NCBI GenBank assembly: GCA_902569785.1
Contig: CACFVO010000001.1
Span: forward strand, 115,971-179,970
From: an uncultured Pelagibacteraceae bacterium
GTDB taxonomy: Bacteria > Pseudomonadota > Alphaproteobacteria > Pelagibacterales > Pelagibacteraceae
DNA length: 64,000 nt
Reading direction: 5' to 3'
The notes under the pieces were generated by a model. The model did no database searches. It was given only the letters and a program-made list of their open reading frames with translations, and was not told where the DNA came from. Made by a program: the position numbers and the translations under genes. Below, piece after piece: positions 48,428-58,831 of this stretch (positions are counted from its first letter, which is position 1; every line of letters begins with the position of its first letter).

Positions 48428-49758
48428 TAGCAGAAATAATTAATCCAGCTACACTAGGTTTTATTTTAATTGCAGTAATGTTATTTGCAATTTTTATTGG
48501 TTTTCCAATTTCATTCACACTAATTTTTTTAGGATTCGTATTTGGCTATTTAGGTTTTGGTAAGCTTGTTTTCTATTTAATGACTTTACAGTTTTCTATG
48601 GTTATGACCGAACAAGCACTGGCGGCAGTCCCACTGTTTGTCTTTATGGGTATTATGATGGAAAATGCTGGTCTGATGGAAAGATTATTTTCATCAGTAC
48701 AACTAATGTTGTCCAGAGTTCGAGGAGCTTTATTTTACGCAGTACTTTTTGTTTCCGTAATATTTGCAGCGGCTACTGGAATAGTTGGAGCCTCGGTGAC
48801 AATTCTTGGAATTATGGCAGCAAAATCAATGAACAAGTCTGGATATGATGTAAAATTAGCTGCAGGCACTATAACTGCTGGAGGTACATTAGGAATCTTA
48901 ATTCCACCAAGCATTATGTTAGTGGTTATGGGTCCGATAATGGAAATCCCTGTTACTGATTTATTTGCCGCAGCAATTATACCAGGAATAATGTTAGCTC
49001 TTTTATATGCAACATATGTAACTATAAGATGTGCTTTAAATCCAAAATTAGGACCTGTTCTTGCCGAAGAGGACAGGGCAACAAGCATGATGGAAGTTTT
49101 AAGAGAATTTTTAATTGGTTTATTGCCTCCTGCGCTTTTAGTTTTTGCAGCTCTGGGAAGTATTTTGTTCGGATATGCAACACCAACTGAAGCAGCAGGA
49201 TGTGGTGCAGTGGGATCTTTACTTTTAGCTTTAGTTTATAAAAAATTAACATTACCAAAATTACAAGAAGCACTGGTTAAAACTTTGGAGATATCTGCTT
49301 TAATTATGGTGTTAGTAGCTGCTTCTAATTTCTTTGGTTCAGTTTTTTCTAGATTGGGAACGCCAATGGTTTTAACTGAATTTTTATTACAGCTTGAAAT
49401 GAATAAATATATTATTTTGGGAATTGTTCTTGCAATGATTTTTCTTTTAGGCTGGCCTTTAGAGTGGGTTCCAATTGTTTTAATTATAATTCCAATTATA
49501 TTACCTTTAATAGAAGAATTAGGTTTCAATTTAACTTGGTTTGCTATTTTAGTCGCAGTAAATCTTCAAACCGCCTGGCTATCACCCCCAGTGGCACTAT
49601 CTGCATATTTTTTAAAAGGAGTGGTGCCCGAATGGGATTTAAAAGATATTTATGTAGGAATGATGCAATTTATGGTATTGCAAATTATAGGATTAATATT
49701 AATAGTAATATTTCCACAAATAGCTTTGTGGTTACCTACGGTACTTTATGGCAATTAA
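48424..49758 (+). CDS. TRAP large permease DctM
   Basis: AVPLFVFMG, GGTLGILIPPSI, ATPTEAA, NLQTAWLSPP. Confidence 0.93.
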   Translation: MIAEIINPATLGFILIAVMLFAIFIGFPISFTLIFLGFVFGYLGFGKLVFYLMTLQFSMVMTEQALAAVPLFVFMGIMMENAGLMERLFSSVQLMLSRVRGALFYAVLFVSVIFAAATGIVGASVTILGIMAAKSMNKSGYDVKLAAGTITAGGTLGILIPPSIMLVVMGPIMEIPVTDLFAAAIIPGIMLALLYATYVTIRCALNPKLGPVLAEEDRATSMMEVLREFLIGLLPPALLVFAALGSILFGYATPTEAAGCGAVGSLLLALVYKKLTLPKLQEALVKTLEISALIMVLVAASNFFGSVFSRLGTPMVLTEFLLQLEMNKYIILGIVLAMIFLLGWPLEWVPIVLIIIPIILPLIEELGFNLTWFAILVAVNLQTAWLSPPVALSAYFLKGVVPEWDLKDIYVGMMQFMVLQIIGLILIVIFPQIALWLPTVLYGN

Positions 49759-51034
49759 ATATATAAAAAAAGCAGCTAAAACTCCGGAGACGGATGATCA
49801 TAAAACTCAATCAGCAGTGCAAGATATTCTTAATGATATTGCTAAAAGAAAAGAAGAAGCACTAAAAGATCTAAATAAAAAATTCGATAAGTATGAGGGA
49901 GAAGTTATTGTTTCAAAAGAAAAAATAGAGGAAGCTATTAAAAAAGTTGATCAAAAAACAAAAGATGATGTTAAATTTGCACACGATCGAATAAAAAAAT
50001 TTGCTGAACATCAATTAAAAAGTATGAACAATAATTTTGAAGTTGAACTATCAAAAGGATTATTTGCTGGACAAAGATTAATCCCAGTGGATACAGCCGG
50101 ATGTTATATTCCTGGTGGACGTTATGCACACATTTCTTCAGCCGTTATGGCCATTACTCCAGCTAAAGTAGCAGGTGTAAAGACAATTATTTGCGCAAGC
50201 CCTCCAAAAGATAAAAATGGAGCTAATCCTGGAATAATTTTTGCTGCTAATCATTGTGGGGCTGATGTAATAATGAATTTAGGAGGCGTAGCTGCTATAG
50301 GTTCATTAACTCACGGATGTTTTAATAATCCTCCAGTAGATTTTTTAGTTGGAGCTGGTAATCAATATGTAGCTGAAGCTAAAAGAATTGTTTATGGAAA
50401 AGTTGGTATTGATCAATTTGCAGGACCTACTGAAATAGCAATTATAGCCGATAAATCTGCAGACAAAGAAATTGTAGCAGTAGATCTAGTTGGTCAATTA
50501 GAGCACGGTTATAATTCACCTGGTTGGTTATTTACTACCGATAAAACATTAGCAGATTTTACCATGAAAAGAGTTCCTGAATTAATTAACGAACTTCCAG
50601 AGTTAGCGAAAGTAAACGCAACAGCTGCTTGGAAAGATTATGGAGAAGTGATTTTATGCGACACTAATGAGGAAATGGCTGAAGTTAGCGATAAGTATGC
50701 CTCAGAACACTTAGAAGTTCATGCAGAGAAACTAGACTGGTGGTTAAAAAGATTAAGAAATTATGGCTCTTTATTTTTAGGAGAAGAAACAACCGTTGCC
50801 TATGGAGACAAATGTTCTGGTACAAATCATATTCTTCCTACCAAAGGAGGAGGAAGATATACGGGCGGGTTGTTTGTAGGAAAATTTATAAAAACTCTTA
50901 CTTTCCAGAGAATGACAAAGGAAGCTACCGAAGTGGTTGGAGCTACCGCAGCAAGACTTGGAAGAGCTGAGGGAATGGAAGCTCATGCAAGAACCGCAGA
51001 TGTAAGACTGAGAAAATACGGCTTTTCAAATTAA
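49748..51034 (+). CDS. hpsN: Sulfopropanediol (DHPS) 3-dehydrogenase, HisD family
   Basis: GCYIPGGRY.H..SA, G.GN.YVAEAKR, DLVGQ.EHGYNSP.W, GDKCSGTNHILPT; TRAP/ADH context. Confidence 0.82.
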   Translation: MAIKYIKKAAKTPETDDHKTQSAVQDILNDIAKRKEEALKDLNKKFDKYEGEVIVSKEKIEEAIKKVDQKTKDDVKFAHDRIKKFAEHQLKSMNNNFEVELSKGLFAGQRLIPVDTAGCYIPGGRYAHISSAVMAITPAKVAGVKTIICASPPKDKNGANPGIIFAANHCGADVIMNLGGVAAIGSLTHGCFNNPPVDFLVGAGNQYVAEAKRIVYGKVGIDQFAGPTEIAIIADKSADKEIVAVDLVGQLEHGYNSPGWLFTTDKTLADFTMKRVPELINELPELAKVNATAAWKDYGEVILCDTNEEMAEVSDKYASEHLEVHAEKLDWWLKRLRNYGSLFLGEETTVAYGDKCSGTNHILPTKGGGRYTGGLFVGKFIKTLTFQRMTKEATEVVGATAARLGRAEGMEAHARTADVRLRKYGFSN

Positions 51035-52038
51035 TGCATGCATTAGTTTATACTGGTACTAACAAAATAGATTTCAGAGAAGAAAAAGATCCAATAGCAA
51101 AACCCGGTGAGACTGTAATAAAAGTAAAAGCCTCAGGTATTTGTGGTTCAGATATGCACGCCTTCCATGGTAATGATGAAAGAAGAATACCTCCATTAAT
51201 ACTAGGTCACGAAGTAAGTGGAACCAGTTTAGATGGTAAATTTAAAGATAAAGATGTTGTTATAAATCCATTAATAAGTTGTGAAAAATGCAATTATTGT
51301 GAAAATGAGAGGGAACATTTATGCCCAGAAAGAACAATGATAGGAATGAGCACCCCGGTTAAAAGGGAAGGGGGATTGGCAGAATTAGTATCTGTACCAG
51401 AAAAAAATATTTTTGAAGTTCCAAACGAATTAAGCATTAAAGAGGCAGCATTAGCTGAACCTGCGGCTGTAGCTTTACATGCAGTTTTATTAGCAGAACA
51501 AAATTTAAAAAAACCTCTATCTGAATGCAAAATTTTTATTCAAGGGGCTGGCGCGATAGGTCTTTTATGCGGTTTAGTTTTGAATAAAGAAAAAAAAGCT
51601 ACAAATATTGTTATGTCAGACCCAAATAAAAAAAGATTAGATGAGTGTGGTAAATATTTAAAAGCGAAATTTGTATCTCCAAATGATAAATTAATTAAAG
51701 AAAATAATTTTGATTTGATATTAGAGTCCGTCGGTCTTGAGGTTACACGTCAACAAGCTATTAAATCAATCGCCCCTGGTGGTACTATTCTACACATAGG
51801 ATTAACACAGCCGTCAGGAACTTTTGATTTTAAAAAATTAACAATTCAAGAAGTAACATTAGTTGGAACTTACTGCTATACAAATAAAGATTTTCAAAAA
51901 ACTCTGAAAATTCTAACTGAAAAAAAGTTGGGAGATCTAGGCTGGATAGAGTATAGAGATCTAAAAAAAGGCTCTGAAGCTTTTAACGAAATACATAATG
52001 GTACGTGCGTAGCACCTAAAATCATTCTTATTCCATAA
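51034..52038 (+). CDS. Zn-dependent alcohol dehydrogenase, candidate HpsP
   Basis: GICGSDMH, LGHE, C..C..C.......C structural Zn site, GAGAIG; coupled to hpsN. Confidence 0.75.
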   Translation: MHALVYTGTNKIDFREEKDPIAKPGETVIKVKASGICGSDMHAFHGNDERRIPPLILGHEVSGTSLDGKFKDKDVVINPLISCEKCNYCENEREHLCPERTMIGMSTPVKREGGLAELVSVPEKNIFEVPNELSIKEAALAEPAAVALHAVLLAEQNLKKPLSECKIFIQGAGAIGLLCGLVLNKEKKATNIVMSDPNKKRLDECGKYLKAKFVSPNDKLIKENNFDLILESVGLEVTRQQAIKSIAPGGTILHIGLTQPSGTFDFKKLTIQEVTLVGTYCYTNKDFQKTLKILTEKKLGDLGWIEYRDLKKGSEAFNEIHNGTCVAPKIILIP

Positions 52039-52125
52039 ATCAATTAGCAGTTGTGCAACAATATGCATACCTGAAATAAATTTTTAACATGTTTAATCTG
52101 AGGTAATTTTAACTAAACTAAAATT

Positions 52126-52503
52126 ATGAAAAAAATTATTACATTTATTTCTTTATTTTTGTTTACCTCTGTGAATGCAGGTGGACACTTAAGTGATAAG
52201 GATAAAAAAGCCACTTTAAAATGTACAGGACTTTATTATGCAAACAGCATGATACCTCAGGGGACTTTAGAATTAGACAAGATTGTTTATTCTATTGCTG
52301 CTAAAAAATTTTTAACATCATATTTAATTAAAGAGGGAGTCAAAGAAGATTTTGTTAATTCAGAACTTAATAAATCTATCGACGAACTTTATGGAAAACC
52401 ATATGATGAAAAAAAAACAGGTGATTGTGATAAATATATTTACAAATTAATACCAGAATCTAAAACTGAAATCGAAAAACTAGTAAAATCAGGAATTTAT
52501 TAA
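52126..52503 (+). CDS. Secreted hypothetical protein
   Basis: Signal peptide; two Cys. Confidence 0.7.
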   Translation: MKKIITFISLFLFTSVNAGGHLSDKDKKATLKCTGLYYANSMIPQGTLELDKIVYSIAAKKFLTSYLIKEGVKEDFVNSELNKSIDELYGKPYDEKKTGDCDKYIYKLIPESKTEIEKLVKSGIY

Positions 52504-52520
52504 ACTAACAGGAGTAAAAC

Positions 52521-52811
52521 ATGATAGTAAAAATAGAGAGTCCAATTGCAACTTTTGCAAAGTGGAAAGCGATGGTTCACAGCAATTCACAAAAGATTAA
52601 AAAATACGGTATGACATTTCTTTATGCTGGAACAGAAAAAGATAATGACTCAAAAATCACTACCATTATTAGATTTGATACAATGGATGGTCTTAAAGCT
52701 TTTAAGGCTGATGAGGAACTTCATAAAGAAAGAGCAGCAGCTGGAGTAGTCTTAGAGAAATCCGTTACAACTCTAATGAGTGAAGATCTGTTAGAACAAT
52801 ATAAAGGATAA
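52521..52811 (+). CDS. Small ferredoxin-like/DABB-fold protein (DUF3764-like)
   Basis: F..WK, G.......G...D...., F......R..AGV pattern; AGGAG SD. Confidence 0.6.
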   Translation: MIVKIESPIATFAKWKAMVHSNSQKIKKYGMTFLYAGTEKDNDSKITTIIRFDTMDGLKAFKADEELHKERAAAGVVLEKSVTTLMSEDLLEQYKG

Positions 52812-52813
52812 AT

Positions 52814-53230
52814 ATGATAGATAAATTTGGAAACGCATTTTATTTAATAATTTACTTAGCTCATTTCATTATAGTTGGAAGTTATGCGTACCAACTAGTA
52901 TTTGATACTAAAAGATTTCTTAAAGGTAGAGGAGTAGATAAGACAGCTACTTTAATCACTAGATTCGCTGGTTCATTTATGATTGCAATAGTTTTAATGG
53001 CGATCTATGTAGCCTTTGTAAGACCGGGTGGTTTAGATGCTACTTGGGCGTTCTTTAACTTAGTTTTTATAATTAATGTTTCAATATTATCTGTTAATTT
53101 TTATACGTTAAAAATTGATAAGACAGGTTTAACTAAAAAAACAAGAAACGACGGGATATACGCGCCACTTGTTCTTGTAATTATTAGTGCAGTTCTTTGT
53201 TACGGTTTAGCTGATAAGATTTACGTTTAA
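52814..53230 (+). CDS. 4-TM hypothetical membrane protein
   Basis: Four hydrophobic segments; translationally coupled. Confidence 0.7.
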   Translation: MIDKFGNAFYLIIYLAHFIIVGSYAYQLVFDTKRFLKGRGVDKTATLITRFAGSFMIAIVLMAIYVAFVRPGGLDATWAFFNLVFIINVSILSVNFYTLKIDKTGLTKKTRNDGIYAPLVLVIISAVLCYGLADKIYV

Positions 53231-53241
53231 GGCGGGGTATA

Positions 53242-53535
53242 ATGGCAAAATTTATGAATATAGTTAGATGTAAAGTCAAATCATCTAGCAGAGACGAGTA
53301 CTTAAAAATAATTGATGAGATGCCAAAGTTCGATGGGCAAATATCAGCAAAATATGTTGAAACAAAACCAAACGAATTTTTTATGATTGGTGAATGGAAT
53401 TCTGAAGACGATATAGCTAAAGCGAGACCAAAAATGATTGAATTTTTGGACAAAGCTAGACACACTTTAGAAGAATTGTCCTCAGAGTTAGGAGTTACCG
53501 ATCCTCACTCTGGAACAGTTATAGTTGAAAAATAA
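53242..53535 (+). CDS. ABM-like dimeric alpha+beta barrel protein
   Basis: NIVRCKVK, F.MIGEW.SE....ARP.MI..LD..R..LEELS.ELGVTDP.SG. Confidence 0.65.
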   Translation: MAKFMNIVRCKVKSSSRDEYLKIIDEMPKFDGQISAKYVETKPNEFFMIGEWNSEDDIAKARPKMIEFLDKARHTLEELSSELGVTDPHSGTVIVEK

Positions 53536-53549
53536 GAAAGGAGGGAGTA

Positions 53550-53873
53550 ATGGCAAAATTTATAACTCTAGGAAAGTATACTGCCAAAGGTCTTGCGGGA
53601 TTTGTTAGCAACCCATCTACAGATAGAAAAGTAGCAACTTCTGCACTAGCTGCGTCTGTTGGTGCTAAAGTCACAAGATATGCTGGTTTAAGAGGTAAGT
53701 ATGACTTTATGGCTGAGATAGAAGGTACTTTTGAACAAGCTGCCGCGGCATCTATGGTTGCTGTTTCAAGTGGAGCTGTTTCTGATTTTACGATTCTTGA
53801 AGACATAAATCTTAATGAGATCGCAGAGACTGCAAAGAAAATGGCTTCTACATATAAAGAACCAGGAAAATAA
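53550..53873 (+). CDS. GYD domain protein
   Basis: YT..G..G.......DR, GKYD motif, Y..PG C-terminus. Confidence 0.85.
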   Translation: MAKFITLGKYTAKGLAGFVSNPSTDRKVATSALAASVGAKVTRYAGLRGKYDFMAEIEGTFEQAAAASMVAVSSGAVSDFTILEDINLNEIAETAKKMASTYKEPGK

Positions 53874-53878
53874 TTTTT

Positions 53879-54898
53879 TTACTCACCTTGGTATAGGATG
53901 CTTTCTAAATCACTATCAAAACCTTGTGGATTAGACATGCCTTTTTCAAGGTGAGTAAATTTATTTTCATCTTTTACCCAACAAGCAAAATTTATTTTCT
54001 TTTTTAAGAATAGATTGTCAAAAATTGTTTCTTTAAAAATTTTATTTCTTTCTGAATTTAGCGTCCATATAAAATCAATATCATTATTCAAACACCAGTT
54101 ATAAATTAAGTTCAGTATTTCATTATTTTTTTGATCTTCAATAAAAGTGTATAAGATATTTAGTCTTGTAAGATTTTCTGTTTTAGATATATGACAAATA
54201 ACTATATCTTTATTGAATTTAAATTCATAAATTTCAGAATTATAGGGACATTCAAGCAATCTCCACCTAAACCAATTTTCATCTCTTATAATCTTAAAAG
54301 ATTCATTATCTGATTTATTTATTTCCTCAAACTGACAATAATTCATTAAATTCTTCTCACTAATCTTTTCTGGTTTAATATCTTTCATTTCTTTTAAATT
54401 TTTTTTAAGAAAATTTTTCAACAACTGTGGTTTCATATTAATGTTAAAATTTCTCATTATTGGAATTATTTTAAAAGGATTTAATGGAATTATCTTTCTG
54501 TAGATTTTATTGTTATTTCTCCAATTAAATTTTTTAAAAATTTTTAAAGACTCTTCATTACAAAATGTTATTTGTATTGGACAAATTTTCATCCATTCTT
54601 TAGTTAAAATAGAACCGAATCCTCTATTTCTGTAATTTTTAAGAACATAAAAATCAGTAAACCATATAGCTTTATGAATTTTTCCTTGAAATGAGAGATT
54701 TTCAGGTATTAAACCCGCCATGCCTACAATCTTCGAATCGTATTCTAAAATCAATGGCTCAAAGTTTGATACGCCTATTTTATAATACCATTTCCAATGT
54801 CTTGTTAAGCTTCTATATCTAGAAGGAAAAGCAGTTTTATAAAACTGTTTTAAAAGCTCTGTATTAATCTCTGATATTTTTTTGATTTTGTAATCCAT
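53879..54898 (-). CDS. GNAT-family N-acetyltransferase
   Basis: WFTDFYV..NYRNRGFGS acetyl-CoA motif; R....F.WRL..CP second domain. Confidence 0.75.
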   Translation of the reverse strand: MDYKIKKISEINTELLKQFYKTAFPSRYRSLTRHWKWYYKIGVSNFEPLILEYDSKIVGMAGLIPENLSFQGKIHKAIWFTDFYVLKNYRNRGFGSILTKEWMKICPIQITFCNEESLKIFKKFNWRNNNKIYRKIIPLNPFKIIPIMRNFNINMKPQLLKNFLKKNLKEMKDIKPEKISEKNLMNYCQFEEINKSDNESFKIIRDENWFRWRLLECPYNSEIYEFKFNKDIVICHISKTENLTRLNILYTFIEDQKNNEILNLIYNWCLNNDIDFIWTLNSERNKIFKETIFDNLFLKKKINFACWVKDENKFTHLEKGMSNPQGFDSDLESILYQGE

Positions 54899-54921
54899 TA
54901 ATTATATTATTCATTATAGAC

Positions 54922-55683
54922 ATGTTTAATTTTATTAAAAAATACATATCAGAAAACACAGGTATTCTCATTCGATTAGATGATATAGCTGAAAATATGA
55001 ATTGGCCACTAATGGAAAAATGCGAATTATTGTTTGATAAATATAATATTAAGCCTTTATTAGGGGTAGTAAGCAATAATCAAGACCCTGAACTTTTATC
55101 GTATAAAAAAAATCATAATTTTTGGAGTCAAATAAGAGCATGGAAAGAAAAAGATTGGGAAATATCAATGCATGGATTTACTCACGTTTACGATAAAGAA
55201 ACAAACAAAAAAGATTTTTTTAACTATGGGGGAAAATCAGAATTTTTTGGACATAGCTATGATGAGCAATTTAAAAGAATTCAAAAAAGTTTAGAAATAT
55301 TTAAAAAAGAAAATGTTGAGGTAAGATCTTTCTTTGCTCCAAATCATACGTATGATCAAAATACTTTTTCTGCATTAAAAAAAAATAATATTACAAATAT
55401 TATAGATGGATATGGATTAATGCCATTTAAAAAACATGAAGTAAACTTCATTCCTCAATTATTCTATAAAGAGATATTACTTCCATTTGGAATACAGTCC
55501 ACACAAATTCATTTAAATTACTGGAAGGAAATAGACTTTATAAATTTTGAAAAGTTTATAGTAAAGAATAAATCAAAAATAATTTCTTTTGATCAAGCAA
55601 TTAAAAAAGTAAATAATAGCTTATTCTTTAAATCTATAAATTGGATGTCAGAAAAAACACTTAAGATTATTAGAAGCTTTTAG
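54922..55683 (+). CDS. DUF2334 polysaccharide deacetylase-like protein
   Basis: IRLDD, MHGFTH, KSEF.G, F.APNH.YD. Confidence 0.85.
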   Translation: MFNFIKKYISENTGILIRLDDIAENMNWPLMEKCELLFDKYNIKPLLGVVSNNQDPELLSYKKNHNFWSQIRAWKEKDWEISMHGFTHVYDKETNKKDFFNYGGKSEFFGHSYDEQFKRIQKSLEIFKKENVEVRSFFAPNHTYDQNTFSALKKNNITNIIDGYGLMPFKKHEVNFIPQLFYKEILLPFGIQSTQIHLNYWKEIDFINFEKFIVKNKSKIISFDQAIKKVNNSLFFKSINWMSEKTLKIIRSF

Positions 55684-56390
55684 TTTTTATAAATAAAGCA
55701 ATTTAACACATCATTAAATTTTATATTTTTCTTATATTTAGATTTAATTTCAATAATTCCTTTTTTTATTTCTTTGCTAGAAAGGTTTAGTAAGCATGAA
55801 ATATATCTATTTTTAAGCATTCTAATATATTTCTTTCTTGTAATCTCTACTTTAAATTTAAATTCAGATTTTTTAACAATTTTCAAATTTTTTTTAAATT
55901 GTTTAATTAAAATCTCATCTTTTTTAAGACTATTAATTAAATTAGACTTCATCTTTTTAAAACAGGGTATTTCATTTTTCTTTGTTTTAAGAGAGAAAAT
56001 TAATATTTTTCCTTTATCTGTAAGCTTATTCTTTGCAAGATTTAATAGAACTTCTAAATTATTTTTTGAAAAAAAATGTATGGTTTGCTTAATTAAGATT
56101 ACATCAAATTTTTCATTACTTTTTTTAAAGTATTTAATTGCATCTAACTTAAAAAAAGTAATATTTTTTTTAAGGTTTCTATTTTTAATAATGTCAATTC
56201 CTACTGGTTTTTTTTTAAATCTATATTTTTTTTGAAGAAAGCTAATTATATTTGCCCTTCCACACCCAATATCAAGAATATTAGTTTTTTTATTAATATC
56301 TATTTTTGTTTTTAAAAAATTACAAAAAGATAAGATATATTTATGTGAAGATAACCAGTTTTTATTATCCCAATTATTTAATGGTTTCAT
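55680..56390 (-). CDS. Class I SAM-dependent methyltransferase
   Basis: ILDIGCGRA, GIDI, FDVILIKQTIH. Confidence 0.85.
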   Translation of the reverse strand: MKPLNNWDNKNWLSSHKYILSFCNFLKTKIDINKKTNILDIGCGRANIISFLQKKYRFKKKPVGIDIIKNRNLKKNITFFKLDAIKYFKKSNEKFDVILIKQTIHFFSKNNLEVLLNLAKNKLTDKGKILIFSLKTKKNEIPCFKKMKSNLINSLKKDEILIKQFKKNLKIVKKSEFKFKVEITRKKYIRMLKNRYISCLLNLSSKEIKKGIIEIKSKYKKNIKFNDVLNCFIYKN

Positions 56391-57298
56391 TAAAGAGCAA
56401 CAATAGCTGCTGCTATGGAAGCCAAACGTGCTTGAGTATCATCAGCACGACTTGTAATTACGACTGGCACTTTACCACCTACAACTACTCCTGCTGCACA
56501 TGCGCCCATAAAGTAAATCATCATTTTAACTAAAGCATTGCCAGCTTCTACGTTAGGAACTAATAAAATATCCGTTTTTCCAGCTACCGCATTTTTAATT
56601 CCTTTTATTTGAGCAGCCTTTTCTGACACTGAATTATCAAAAGCCATTGGACCAAAGACTTCAGCTTCAATTCCCTCTTTTAGTGCTCTTTCTGAGAGTT
56701 CTTTGGCTTCTTTAGAGCTTGGCATGCTGTCTAATACTTCTTCAGTTGCTGATAAAATTGAAACTTTAGGTTTTTTAATCCCAATTCTTTTTGCAAATTC
56801 AACAGAATTTTTTAAAATATGCATTTTTGTTTCTAACTTTGGTAACACATTCAAAGCTCCATCTGTAATAATAAAAGGCTTGTCATTTTTATCTAATGTC
56901 ATGTGCCATATGTGACTTAACCTTTTTTTTCCCATTAAATTTAAATCTCTTTTTAAAACTGCTTTCATTAAAATATCAGTGTGAATGTGACCTTTTACTA
57001 TTATTTTTATTTTACCTTGGCTTGCCATTTGAGCAGCAATTAACGCAGTATTATTTTCTACAGGTTCATGAATAATTTCATATTTTGAAATATCCCAATT
57101 AATTTCCTTTGATAATTTTTCGATAATCGACTTGTCTCCAAGAAAAACTGGGTCTATTAACCCTTCCTCCACTGCTTCTTTTGCTGACTGCATTGAAACA
57201 GATTTACCAGCATTAACAATTACCACTTTCACAGAGCCTTTGGTTTTAGCAATCTTTAATAGATTTTCTGGGCATATAATTTCTTTTTTAGATAGCAT
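56390..57298 (-). CDS. pta: Phosphate acetyl/butyryltransferase
   Basis: KG.IHT..LM.AVL, TDGALN, GP.AFDN, LLVPN.EAGN.L.K, TSRAD. Confidence 0.85.
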   Translation of the reverse strand: MLSKKEIICPENLLKIAKTKGSVKVVIVNAGKSVSMQSAKEAVEEGLIDPVFLGDKSIIEKLSKEINWDISKYEIIHEPVENNTALIAAQMASQGKIKIIVKGHIHTDILMKAVLKRDLNLMGKKRLSHIWHMTLDKNDKPFIITDGALNVLPKLETKMHILKNSVEFAKRIGIKKPKVSILSATEEVLDSMPSSKEAKELSERALKEGIEAEVFGPMAFDNSVSEKAAQIKGIKNAVAGKTDILLVPNVEAGNALVKMMIYFMGACAAGVVVGGKVPVVITSRADDTQARLASIAAAIVAL

Positions 57299-58295
57299 TT
57301 AAATAATCCATTTCTTTTAAAATTTTTAAAGGTATAGATATATCTTTATTTAGATTCTTTTTATACGTTTTATATTTTCTTTCTCCAGGGTACAGAATAG
57401 AACTAAAACCTTTTGCTTTTGGAAGTTTTTTAACAAGTTTGATATTTCTTTTAATTTCTCTCATAAAATTTCTTCCTACAAAAATTTTAGGATTAATTGT
57501 AATAAATAGATGACCAACATTTTGAGGACCAGTAAAATCGTCAAAAGGATCTTTCGTTTTTCCACCATGGCTACTTCCTGTTAAAACACCACTTAAAATA
57601 TCTACCATCCAAGCCAAACCAGAACCTTTAAAACTGGCAATAGGAAGCTGAGTTCCTAATAAAGCTTCCTTAGCATTAGTTGTAATTTTACCTGATTTAT
57701 TTAAGGCGACACCATATGGAATTTTTTCCCCAAGTTTATATGCCCTTCTTATTTTTCCTCTATTAATTATTGAAGTAGATGTATCTAAAATAAAGGGAAT
57801 TTTACCAGTAGGTACTCCAAAACAAATTGGATTAGTTCCAAATAAAGATTTTTTTGCTCCATGAGGAGCTAATGCAGGTGGAGCATTTGTAAAACAGAAA
57901 ACCATGAGATTTTTATTAACTGCTTGTTCGGCATAAAAACTAGATAAACCGTAATGACCACTTTTATTTACTGCTACTAAACCAATTCCAGTCTTTTTTG
58001 CATTTTTTATTGCTTGATTAATTGCAATGTCAGCTGAAACAAATCCAATACTATTGTCGGCATTAATGTGAGAAATGGAAGAACTTATTCTTTTTATCCT
58101 TATCTTAGGTTTAGGATTAATTAATTTTTTTTTTATTCGATCACAATACATTTTCAATCTTAGTAATCCATGCGATCTAGCTTCCACTAACTCTGCCTTG
58201 ATTAAATAATCAGCGCAAATTTCTGAGTGTTTTTTTGATAATTGATGTTTAATAAAAATTTGTTTTATTTTTGATCTTAATATATTTTTTTTCAC
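57288..58295 (-). CDS. Ldh_2 family oxidoreductase, candidate sulfolactate dehydrogenase (ComC-like)
   Basis: SHGL.RL..Y, SGH.G, GTNPI.F, LD..TS, KGSGLA; substrate from context. Confidence 0.75.
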   Translation of the reverse strand: MKKNILRSKIKQIFIKHQLSKKHSEICADYLIKAELVEARSHGLLRLKMYCDRIKKKLINPKPKIRIKRISSSISHINADNSIGFVSADIAINQAIKNAKKTGIGLVAVNKSGHYGLSSFYAEQAVNKNLMVFCFTNAPPALAPHGAKKSLFGTNPICFGVPTGKIPFILDTSTSIINRGKIRRAYKLGEKIPYGVALNKSGKITTNAKEALLGTQLPIASFKGSGLAWMVDILSGVLTGSSHGGKTKDPFDDFTGPQNVGHLFITINPKIFVGRNFMREIKRNIKLVKKLPKAKGFSSILYPGERKYKTYKKNLNKDISIPLKILKEMDYLNAI

Positions 58296-58726
58296 TTAAT
58301 TTCTTTGTTTCCCTTTTTTTCCCAATAATCAATTCTTTGCTTTTGGTTTTCAACTAAATTTTTACACATAAGACCATATTTTTTTGTTAAAGATGATAAA
58401 TCTTTTTTTGCTATATTAGTAAATTTTTCTACTTCTTTTTTAGTTATTTTAGCCATGGTTTCTGGTAGAAAACCCAAAACTTCACCTAAGTCATGATTAA
58501 ATTTTAAAGTAACGTCAGCACTTTTTTCTAAACCTCTAATAATGCTTTTATCCTTTTCTGCTTTTTTAAAACTTGCTGCAGCCACTTTATAAAAACTGTA
58601 ACAAGCCACATAATCTTTTTGAATATTTTCTATAATATATTTTGCAACTTTCTCTTCTTTTGTTTTTTCTACTGCAAGCAGAGCAAGAGGGTAAATTAAT
58701 AGAGTTAACAAAAGTATTTTTTTCAT
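58292..58726 (-). CDS. Secreted hypothetical protein
   Basis: Signal peptide; C.SFY and later Cys. Confidence 0.7.
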   Translation of the reverse strand: MKKILLLTLLIYPLALLAVEKTKEEKVAKYIIENIQKDYVACYSFYKVAAASFKKAEKDKSIIRGLEKSADVTLKFNHDLGEVLGFLPETMAKITKKEVEKFTNIAKKDLSSLTKKYGLMCKNLVENQKQRIDYWEKKGNKEIK

Positions 58727-58831
58727 ATCTGTTTATACGGTAATAAAAATTTAAAATCAGCATCATAATTTCAATAATAACTGTGCTAATTTATCACTTT
58801 TACAATTTAATTTAATTTCGTATTAAGACCT

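Noticed and set aside
49748-51034. Histidinol dehydrogenase hisD
   Set aside because: HpsN-type motifs (GGRY.H, EHGYNSP, GDKCSGTNH) and TRAP/ADH context favour DHPS dehydrogenase.
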